Virus record (IMG/VR): IMGVR_UViG_3300008740_000001
Location: 1-64,000 of that record
Reading direction: 5' to 3' (one strand)
DNA: 64,000 bases
Source of the DNA: a virus
Lineage: Duplodnaviria; Caudoviricetes
How positions within the stretch are numbered: the stretch's first letter is position 1; every line of letters starts with the position of its first letter. A program made the position numbers and the translations under genes. Below, in pieces: positions 56,274 to 64,000 of the stretch. The notes below the pieces were generated by a model, which was not told where the DNA came from, searched no databases, and was given only the letters and a program-made list of their open reading frames with translations.

Positions 56274-59200
56274 ATGGCCGAAACAGATACTGAAACTACA
56301 GAAACAGAAGAAACACCTTCTGACGAGACCAGCTATATTGATTATCAGTCAGTGCCCTCGTCCGCCAGCGATTGTGATCTTGTAGAAGAAGAGGTAGTTG
56401 AAGAAGAACAGGATTGCCCAACGTGCACTCCAAACCCGAAAGCTCCTCTGATTGACTGGACCAAGACAACGGACACTACTCCATTCTTGAATGAGAGAAA
56501 GTGCATGTATTCTATTTGCATCCGCACTGATTATGAGGGCACCGGGGGCAACCAGCTTCAGACACGCTTAGACGAATATGTAGAAGAAGGTGTCATCAAA
56601 TTATTGGCGTATTATGACAAGGCGTTAGATGAGAATACTGTTGCGGCCATGGTGAGCATCGCCGGCGCCACTGATCACTTCATCCCGCCAAGACCTAAGC
56701 TTAAAATGAAGGCTCTCATTGAGATCGACGCCAATGAGTTTGATAAGATGCCTTCCTCGACAGATGTTCCGGAAGACAGTACAGTAGATGAAGAGCAGCA
56801 AGACGAAGTAACAATACCAGACATGTCCGCCACGATTAACATCGAAGGTGGCGATGAAAAGTTTAAGAAAATCGTGCATGGCTTCGAGGCGTATGCAAGA
56901 TATCAGGCAATATATTATAAAATCCAGCGAGGAAAAGTAACCTTTCCCGGCGGCCAAATGGTCAATTTGTTACATGAGGCCAAACATCTTAGAAAAGTTT
57001 ATCCGGCTATAAAGAGATTCCTTAGAACAAAAGGTTGGGTCCTCCGCGAACGCCGGGGAATGTCCAAGATAGGTCAAAAGCCCGGGCTGAAGTTGGCAAA
57101 CAAAGTAGAGTTCGGTTTCGATTCAGAATATAAAATTATATCTGTTAAGGTGTATCAACACGGCACTTGCGAGGAATCTCCTGTCGAATATAAGGATATG
57201 AAATTATATGCCTTACAGGGCACATATCCTTTCGACCGACCCACCACCATGGCATTGCTTCCAAATTTAGATGCCATGGAGGACGATTTGACTCGTCGGG
57301 AAGGTATGATGCCATGGACAGAGTTTGTTCAGACATATATTTATCCGACTCCTACGGTTAACGAAGGTGTCGATCTAACAGCAACGACTACCGCTCTTGT
57401 CGCCGCCTCCACTGGTACTGCTACCGATACTGATTTAGAAACATTAACAAAAGCGGCGGTTCAATATAGCGATGAAAACGCCATGGCCGCGAAAACTCCC
57501 GGCTCTTGGGAAGATGCCTCGTCAGATGAACACTATCACGGCGGCGGAGCCATGGCGGATCGCGATTGGAACCCATGGGCCGAAGGCGCCACCGATGGTA
57601 TGACTGCCGAAGAGTACACAACAGCCATGACTGAGTACTACGAGAATACAGTCGATAGCAAAACATTAGATTATGATGAACAAGTAGCAGCATTATGCAA
57701 TGATGACTTCGCCGGCTGGGGAGATGAATTCGTCGACGGGTTTATGGATGAACTGTTCAGCATCTGGGATGCTATTCAGTACCAGTTCCAGAACTATTTG
57801 TGCATGTCTCCTGACGAGCGGGAGCAGTTACTCACGAATCTGCAAGAGATGAACAATCAGGTTGCGGCAGAGGCTTTTGCGGAATACGTCGCTGTTCTAA
57901 TTGGCTTTAGCGAGATGATTGAATCTATGTTTGAGGGCTTGGACGAACTTAAGGATCTTAAAGACCTCTATCCCGGGGCAATGGACAAGATTAAACTTTG
58001 TGGCCTTTTTAATCTGCTTTTGGCATTTGCAGAATGTCTAGTTGCTGGCTTGGACTTCTCAGAGATGTTGGAGCCCATTATTGCTGCTGCCTTATCGAAT
58101 ATGGATCCAAAGAGTTTTGAGAAGCTGTTTGTTGGTCTCCCTCCCGACCGTCAAGCTGCCGTTATGGCCGCAGTCGAGGCAGAGCTTGGTTCCCACGTTA
58201 TGCCATGGGAGGCTTATGAGATGCAAGGCCAGCCTGACCCGGCCGCACATACGGCATACGGCTCAGAACCTCATTCTGGAACGGTAGTGACATGGGGATC
58301 CGGCGGCTTAAATACCGAGAAGGCTGCAGCCAGACAGGATCCTTCTTACATATCACCAAAAGAAATCTCTTTAGCTAGGAAGATGGAAAACATTCTGGGC
58401 GATGACCCCGAATCTGGAGACTACTTCAGACTGATTATGGATCTAGACGGGGACTCTACTTGGAGCACTCTCGCGGAGTCTTTCGGCCTGCAAAATGATC
58501 TGGAAGACGTATATTATGCAGAATCTGGATTTAGTAAATTATCGGCCGATGGGTGGGACTCCCCCGGCTCGGATTATAATCTCATGGTTGGTCATATTAA
58601 TGATTTAATTGAACAAGCCAACAGCACCGGCGTCCAGTATGCAACGACTGTCGACCGCAGCAAAACAATCACTTATACTGCGACTTATCAAGATGCCTTA
58701 ACTGAATACTGTGATGATGCTTTTGCTGATGCTTTTATGGCGACTGATGATGGTGAGATGGGTATGTCTGCCGATGAGTGGAAGGCTGATTGTGCCACGT
58801 CATCCGCCGCAATTGCTTATGCAGAAGCCGCAGCAGAAGCCGCAGACGCAGCACAGGCAGGAGAGGCTACATACGGGTCTGAGGGTCCATACGGCACAAG
58901 AGGCTCCCTCGGCGCCGCAGCAGGTGCAACGGTAACGACCTTGTTGTCTGTATATGCGCAGCAGTTATTAGAATACTATGTTGAACATGGGCTCTTAGAA
59001 GAACTCATGGACGGATTAAACAAGCTCCCCGGCGCCGAAATTGTTGCTAAAATTATTGCGATGTTTGACTGCGTAGTGCCGCCCTTGTTCGACCCCCCAT
59101 TATTCGACTTTTTGAAAACTCTAGAAATCGACTTTTGTAATAACCAATATGGTATTGTACTTCCGAGATTACAGTCTTTGCCGATTCCGAACTTTAAAGA

Positions 59201-62200
59201 TTTCTTCAAATATCTTTTAGAATATGCAAAACAGATCTTACTTTATATATTGTTCCGATTATTGCTTTATATACTTACTAAGATATTATTTATGCTTTTC
59301 GACTCACTATGTAAAGCATTATCAACACTAGGAGAAGCAGCCTCAAATGCTTTGGCCGACGCCGCATGCAATGCTATGTCGAATGCTGGAGGTTTCTTGG
59401 GCGATGTTGCAGAGGAGGCTTCCAAGGATGACATGGAATACAATCCTGAAACTGGATTAGAACAGCCAGTTGAGGGTTCTAGTTTCTGTGAGGATCCGCC
59501 TAGAGACTTTCTCTCGTGTATCAAGGAGGCCTTCTGTGGGCCACAAGCAACAGATGAGCAAGCAACCGACACAATGAACCAGATGATGAGCACATATGGT
59601 GGTATCACTGAAGAGGACGCTGCGCAAATGGCTAATACTGAAGCCGTCAATCAGTTGGTTGCAGACATGTCTTCATGCTTGACTGGCGCCGAGATGACCG
59701 ACTTATTGCTTGGGCGCCCCAACCCTGTTGCGCAGCAAATGATTCAAGAAGTCGTCGCGACAGAAAATCCCGCCTTCGCGTCTGTATTGGGCAGCACTGG
59801 CCAAGTTGGTGATTTGTTTAAGAACATCGGTGATATGATGCCAATGGAGTTCCGGGCCAAACTAAGAGATGAGGTCAGTCCTCAGTCTGGAGAGGAGATG
59901 CCCGCCAATCCATCGTTATGTGTAACTAAGTCAGATGTGGATAGGTTTAGGCAACTAAGACAAACAATTTTGACGAACAAGGAACCTGACGACGGTACCG
60001 GAACCACTGGTACTACACCGGCACAGGCAGACCAACAGTTCGACGCTATGCGCGGTAGGGCTTTGAATGATTTGGCCGAGGTTGCAGATCTGCTGCAGGG
60101 CGGTCCAGAGAGCTTCATTGCCAACAACCTGCCTCCGATCTTAGGAGAGCCAGATGAGAATGGGTGCGTTCCTCCAAACGCTATTCTTCCCCGCGAACCG
60201 GAAGAACTAATGGATCTGCTCAGTTCTTCAAACGAAAAGCTATATGATATTGTCGGCCGGGCATTCAATAGAGATATTATGGGCCGTTATGGCTTTCTCA
60301 ACATGGTCTTGTCAGACACAAACGGAGTTCCGTATACTCGCCACCACCGCAAAGCTCGTCGAAATATCATGTACAGTGACAGCTATGGCGATGCCTTTGA
60401 AATTTTTGGAATTGAGCCAACTGCCGGTGATTCCATCGAAGATTCAGACATTCCTTTCTTCTTAAAACCCCTGTTAGCCAGAGAGCGCGGCTATTATCCA
60501 GAAATAGTTGGACAATATTTAATCGATCATCTTAATAACGAAGAGCATTTGGGCGATGGTTATGAATCAACCACCACCTACGTGGCTGGTTCGACATCCA
60601 CCTATGAATCCCCCGTGGGAACAGTTATAAAATCAGGAGATTATCCGAGAGATGACAAAGGTGCCCTAATGGGTACAGAAGAGAATCCGTTTGTTGAAGA
60701 AGGATCTAAAGATCCAGATTTGACATTGACATTCAAGGATGCAAACAAGGGGCTAAATTTGCCGATGTTGTCAGACGATATGCAGTTTTCAGAAGGATTC
60801 AAACTTGAATATCTCTCTTATATTATTGAAGAAGATGAAGATGGGGTTGCTTCTGCAAATACTGACAATGTGTATCAATTAAATGTAGTAGAGGTTACTA
60901 ATGAGGCGGCCCTTGCTCCAGCAAACATAGCAGAAGCCCAAGCACTAGCGGATCAAAGCGACCACGCACTGGGAGACCTTGGCACCTATGAGGGTACTGA
61001 GGATGAGATCTACTCGTTAACCATATATGGTTCTTTGTCCGAGGAAGCAGAAGAACTGAGATCAGCCTATGATCTTACTCAATTAGATGCATCTCCACAG
61101 GTTAATCTATGGAATCAGTACCTTATTGCACAATACCAAAAGCTTGGTTTAGACGACGAGTCGGCCGCTTTGTTCAATACTTACGCAGCCTTCTATGGCT
61201 CTGGCGCCGGAAATGTTACGCATGATAACATCATGAATACGCTTTTGGGATATATGGGCAAAAACATTGCCGCAAACACGCCAGCCTTTAAATTCGGCTA
61301 CGATGCCTCAACAGATGACGACCTCGACATCACAGACAAAGCATACATGTCCCCAGAAGACTATGAGGGTACCCCGAAGTTGTTCGCACAGTGGGTGGTA
61401 GAAGATCTTGTGCCATCACTCGGCCCGGATTATGTGCGCGAATCCAACGGCAAGCCTCGCTGGCGAAAAGTTAAGAAATATATCAAAGAAAACCAAATTA
61501 TGGGTACATCAAACCACTCACGCTTGGAATTTTTGAACCCATCAGAGTTTGGTGGGAGTTGGATGGCACCGCCATTCTATATCGAGCCTCCGGTGTATGA
61601 AGGTTGGTTGGGCATTCGAGATGCATTGATCCCCGAAGTAGATGGAAAGGATCCGAAGCGAGTTCCTGTGTGTAATTTCGAAGATATTAAAGATCGCGTA
61701 GATGAATTGACAAAGAAAATGCCAGATGATCCTCGCTTATCAGAATGCCCCGATTGTGTTGTAGAGTTACCTTATTCTAGAATTCTCGACCGTGCTGCAG
61801 CTTCTGGTATGGAAGGTCCGATTTTAGCCATGATTCGAGTTTACGTCTTGGAAGAAATGCTGAAAGCCATGCCTGTATTTTCTAATTTTAAAGCAGTAAT
61901 TCCTGAAGTAATGGACTATACGTATGTTGAATACATCATTGCTAAGATGAAAGAAGACTTTGTTGAAAATCTAGGTCGAAAACGTGGGTTCCTGAAGGGT
62001 GACGCACTATGGTACACCTTCTTGGAGCAGTGCGTACAGTCATATGCCAGACAAATTCAGCTAGACGGAAGAGAGCCTTCCTATGATGTTCAAGAGGCCA
62101 TGGATAAGCTGAATGCACTCCAGAAAGACTTTCATTATCCAAGCGAAGAGGATCTCTATACTGCTAAGCGAAAGGCTGGTGAGAATCCATGGGAGAGCTA

Positions 62201-63842
62201 TGGAGTCGACGCAGAAGAACAAGACTCAGAAATTGTCTTTGGCCGAGAAGTTACCAAGACTACAAAATTAGCATGGTACCGACGTTGGGCCCTTCTTCAA
62301 GCCGTTAAGGATACTGAGGAATATGCAAACGTGATTCTTCGTTCGTTGATTGAGGAACAGCTGGAATATATGGCTGATAGGTTAGAGACCTCTTTGGACT
62401 CCATTGACATGAAGCCGGAGATTACTAATATCTACAAATACTTTATTGGCTCAAGTGGCATGTGTGCTGGTAACATCGAATTTACGCCAGATTTAGAGTC
62501 GAGCACCGGAGGAGATGTGTTTAACGTCGCCGCCGATTTAGATGACAACCCTCTTAACCAATATGCTGCATCCGAGTTGGATGTGAAATTTAAGGTTGTA
62601 GAAAGCTCTTCAGGTACTTCCACGGTTGATGATCCAATTTCCAGATTTAGCACAGGTGAGTTCATATTAGAAAAATATATAAGAGTTTACGACAAGGAAG
62701 ATCTGGGAGTTACCGAAATAGATTTACCAGAATCAGTTTCTACGAGAGATGACAAGTTACGCGGTGTTGTCAACATTGACGAGTGGAAAACGTGGTTGGA
62801 GTCAATCTCTGACGAATTGGGTGATAGTAAACTATCTGAGTATTTTGGTGATTTGGCGTACATATATGAAACAGATGAAAACGGAGATCCAACTGGGGAT
62901 CCGACCGGAATCGAAGGCTCTATGGGCGTGGCTTATGGATTAAGGCTCAGTTATGTTCCTCCACAAGATGCGGTTAATGCTCTCAGCGGCTCAGTCCTCC
63001 CCGGCCTGCAGGAAAATGCTTCGTGGGCTACGTGGCAATCTGAGGCATTAAAAGAGAAAGCGTTTTTCTTAGCCCCTCCACAATACGATTATACGGATTT
63101 AAATGTAACAGACGTTACTTTGTATAATTCCTCTGACGAAGAGATGGAGGCCACTACAGGCACTACGGAGACGCAGGACACTATTTTGGACATTGAAAGT
63201 GGAGTCTACCCCGGAACATATACCATTAGGGAGGCCGGTTTTATCATACCTTTGGCATATGCAGAATATGATGCATTAGATCATACGATTTCAGATCATA
63301 TTAATCAAATCGAAGAAGAAATGGACCTAACATGTCTCGCGAATGATCTTATTGAAACTCCAGAGTTTGAGATGCTGTTCCAGTATGTGTTCCCCCTAAA
63401 CAGAATTACATCGCTAATGAGCATTTATGTTGGGCGCGCCTTCTTAATGTCAATTGGAGAAAAGGTTTTAGAAATGGATCCAAAGGACATTCTCAACCTC
63501 ATGTCGGGAGGATTCCCTATACCTGATAACGCCGCCGGCGAATGGCAGGCGTATGCACTAAGAAGGGGGCAAGGCAGATGGGGAGCGACATACGACAAGT
63601 GGGATTTCGACTTCTTATTTAGAAGAACAAAGAAAAGGCTAGTAAGAATGTTTAGAACTTACTTTAAATCTAGGGAGTTTTTGTCTAACAAGGATGATGA
63701 TAATATCGGCGGAGGCAGTCACTCTGATGGCGAGTCTGATCGCAACAAGACTCGTAATCGGCCCAACAAAAATAAGGGCCTAGGTTCTCGCAAGATGCGC
63801 CGTAGGCGCCGGGATCGTCCATACGACAAAAATGGAGAGTAG
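56274..63842 (+). CDS. giant acidic virion/baseplate-associated protein (2522 aa)
   Basis: Single uninterrupted ORF between spike and gp25-like genes. Confidence 0.7.
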   Translation: MAETDTETTETEETPSDETSYIDYQSVPSSASDCDLVEEEVVEEEQDCPTCTPNPKAPLIDWTKTTDTTPFLNERKCMYSICIRTDYEGTGGNQLQTRLDEYVEEGVIKLLAYYDKALDENTVAAMVSIAGATDHFIPPRPKLKMKALIEIDANEFDKMPSSTDVPEDSTVDEEQQDEVTIPDMSATINIEGGDEKFKKIVHGFEAYARYQAIYYKIQRGKVTFPGGQMVNLLHEAKHLRKVYPAIKRFLRTKGWVLRERRGMSKIGQKPGLKLANKVEFGFDSEYKIISVKVYQHGTCEESPVEYKDMKLYALQGTYPFDRPTTMALLPNLDAMEDDLTRREGMMPWTEFVQTYIYPTPTVNEGVDLTATTTALVAASTGTATDTDLETLTKAAVQYSDENAMAAKTPGSWEDASSDEHYHGGGAMADRDWNPWAEGATDGMTAEEYTTAMTEYYENTVDSKTLDYDEQVAALCNDDFAGWGDEFVDGFMDELFSIWDAIQYQFQNYLCMSPDEREQLLTNLQEMNNQVAAEAFAEYVAVLIGFSEMIESMFEGLDELKDLKDLYPGAMDKIKLCGLFNLLLAFAECLVAGLDFSEMLEPIIAAALSNMDPKSFEKLFVGLPPDRQAAVMAAVEAELGSHVMPWEAYEMQGQPDPAAHTAYGSEPHSGTVVTWGSGGLNTEKAAARQDPSYISPKEISLARKMENILGDDPESGDYFRLIMDLDGDSTWSTLAESFGLQNDLEDVYYAESGFSKLSADGWDSPGSDYNLMVGHINDLIEQANSTGVQYATTVDRSKTITYTATYQDALTEYCDDAFADAFMATDDGEMGMSADEWKADCATSSAAIAYAEAAAEAADAAQAGEATYGSEGPYGTRGSLGAAAGATVTTLLSVYAQQLLEYYVEHGLLEELMDGLNKLPGAEIVAKIIAMFDCVVPPLFDPPLFDFLKTLEIDFCNNQYGIVLPRLQSLPIPNFKDFFKYLLEYAKQILLYILFRLLLYILTKILFMLFDSLCKALSTLGEAASNALADAACNAMSNAGGFLGDVAEEASKDDMEYNPETGLEQPVEGSSFCEDPPRDFLSCIKEAFCGPQATDEQATDTMNQMMSTYGGITEEDAAQMANTEAVNQLVADMSSCLTGAEMTDLLLGRPNPVAQQMIQEVVATENPAFASVLGSTGQVGDLFKNIGDMMPMEFRAKLRDEVSPQSGEEMPANPSLCVTKSDVDRFRQLRQTILTNKEPDDGTGTTGTTPAQADQQFDAMRGRALNDLAEVADLLQGGPESFIANNLPPILGEPDENGCVPPNAILPREPEELMDLLSSSNEKLYDIVGRAFNRDIMGRYGFLNMVLSDTNGVPYTRHHRKARRNIMYSDSYGDAFEIFGIEPTAGDSIEDSDIPFFLKPLLARERGYYPEIVGQYLIDHLNNEEHLGDGYESTTTYVAGSTSTYESPVGTVIKSGDYPRDDKGALMGTEENPFVEEGSKDPDLTLTFKDANKGLNLPMLSDDMQFSEGFKLEYLSYIIEEDEDGVASANTDNVYQLNVVEVTNEAALAPANIAEAQALADQSDHALGDLGTYEGTEDEIYSLTIYGSLSEEAEELRSAYDLTQLDASPQVNLWNQYLIAQYQKLGLDDESAALFNTYAAFYGSGAGNVTHDNIMNTLLGYMGKNIAANTPAFKFGYDASTDDDLDITDKAYMSPEDYEGTPKLFAQWVVEDLVPSLGPDYVRESNGKPRWRKVKKYIKENQIMGTSNHSRLEFLNPSEFGGSWMAPPFYIEPPVYEGWLGIRDALIPEVDGKDPKRVPVCNFEDIKDRVDELTKKMPDDPRLSECPDCVVELPYSRILDRAAASGMEGPILAMIRVYVLEEMLKAMPVFSNFKAVIPEVMDYTYVEYIIAKMKEDFVENLGRKRGFLKGDALWYTFLEQCVQSYARQIQLDGREPSYDVQEAMDKLNALQKDFHYPSEEDLYTAKRKAGENPWESYGVDAEEQDSEIVFGREVTKTTKLAWYRRWALLQAVKDTEEYANVILRSLIEEQLEYMADRLETSLDSIDMKPEITNIYKYFIGSSGMCAGNIEFTPDLESSTGGDVFNVAADLDDNPLNQYAASELDVKFKVVESSSGTSTVDDPISRFSTGEFILEKYIRVYDKEDLGVTEIDLPESVSTRDDKLRGVVNIDEWKTWLESISDELGDSKLSEYFGDLAYIYETDENGDPTGDPTGIEGSMGVAYGLRLSYVPPQDAVNALSGSVLPGLQENASWATWQSEALKEKAFFLAPPQYDYTDLNVTDVTLYNSSDEEMEATTGTTETQDTILDIESGVYPGTYTIREAGFIIPLAYAEYDALDHTISDHINQIEEEMDLTCLANDLIETPEFEMLFQYVFPLNRITSLMSIYVGRAFLMSIGEKVLEMDPKDILNLMSGGFPIPDNAAGEWQAYALRRGQGRWGATYDKWDFDFLFRRTKKRLVRMFRTYFKSREFLSNKDDDNIGGGSHSDGESDRNKTRNRPNKNKGLGSRKMRRRRRDRPYDKNGE

Positions 63843-63859
63843 GCGATATTAAATATAAA

Positions 63860-63868
63860 ACTAATTAC
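63860..63868 (+). promoter_or_regulatory. putative late-promoter motif ACTAATTAC
   Basis: Intergenic, before the gp25-like gene. Confidence 0.55.
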
Positions 63869-63896
63869 ATGATAGTTATTGTAAGGAGAGACGAAA

Positions 63897-64000
63897 ATGG
63901 CCTATGATGCATCGCTACCGCTGAGGCGGGATCCCACATCTGGTTTTGGCGAGTTGAGTACTTTAAAGGCAGCGGTACATCAAGACTTGCTGATTCTATT
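63897..64000 (+). CDS. gp25/GPW-like baseplate wedge protein (5' partial)
   Basis: MAYDASLPLRRDPTSGFGELSTLKAAVHQDLLIL matches the N-terminal pattern of large-phage gp25-like proteins; AAGGAG SD. Confidence 0.65.
   Translation, partial: MAYDASLPLRRDPTSGFGELSTLKAAVHQDLLIL

Noticed and set aside
1-64000. Stop-codon recoding (TAG or TGA reassignment) as in some large phages
   Set aside because: Recognisable enzymes are full length in code 11, all three stops end genes with coupled downstream starts, and no suppressor tRNA is seen.
1-64000. Eukaryotic giant virus or ordinary bacterial chromosome
   Set aside because: sigma70 promoters, SD sites, tmRNA and def indicate a bacterial host. Baseplate genes, ORFan density, single-strand gene packing and absence of core housekeeping operons indicate a phage. 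A cellular origin cannot be fully excluded from one window.

Overview
64 kb window from what is most likely a large lytic bacteriophage (jumbo/T4-like myovirus-type genome). Nearly all genes are on the + strand, densely packed and often translationally coupled, in the standard genetic code, with sigma70-type promoters and Shine-Dalgarno sites. Layout: (1) 1-2.4 kb small ORFans plus peptide deformylase. (2) 2.4-18.2 kb putative head/internal-protein module. Many unrelated cargo domains (Nudix, protein kinase, HAD nucleotidase, ligase-like/cytidylyltransferase fusion, collagen-like repeat protein) share an N-terminal MKLLFENWRKYLxE-type leader and/or (L/I)-x-E motifs. (3) 19-27 kb RNA-rich region: tmRNA (tag ANNNYYFEESRLAA), five tRNAs (Gly-GCC, Lys-UUU, Ile-UAU, Arg-UCU, Asn-GUU) and two unannotated, strongly structured non-coding RNA candidates (about 300 nt and about 640 nt), interspersed with PMM, a SpoU methylase, a redoxin and a PD-(D/E)XK nuclease. 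(4) 27-31 kb PhoH, papain-like amidase, Cas4-like nuclease. (5) 31-52 kb glycan island with GT4 x3, GT2, GT8, NeuB, two CMP-ulosonate synthetases, three DUF115/Maf-like proteins, a RuBisCO-like protein, sulfotransferases, methyltransferases and 2OG oxygenases. (6) 52.8-64 kb sigma-like factor and baseplate module (gp5-like hub with L,D-transpeptidase-like domain, spike, 2522-aa protein, gp25-like). Top leads: a 95-nt tRNA with a UAU anticodon whose variable arm carries a second, canonical Ile(GAU) anticodon loop; the ~640-nt ornate RNA behind tRNA-Lys; the modular capsid-targeting leader; and the RuBisCO-like protein inside the glycan island. All family calls come from motif recognition by eye; no database searches were run.
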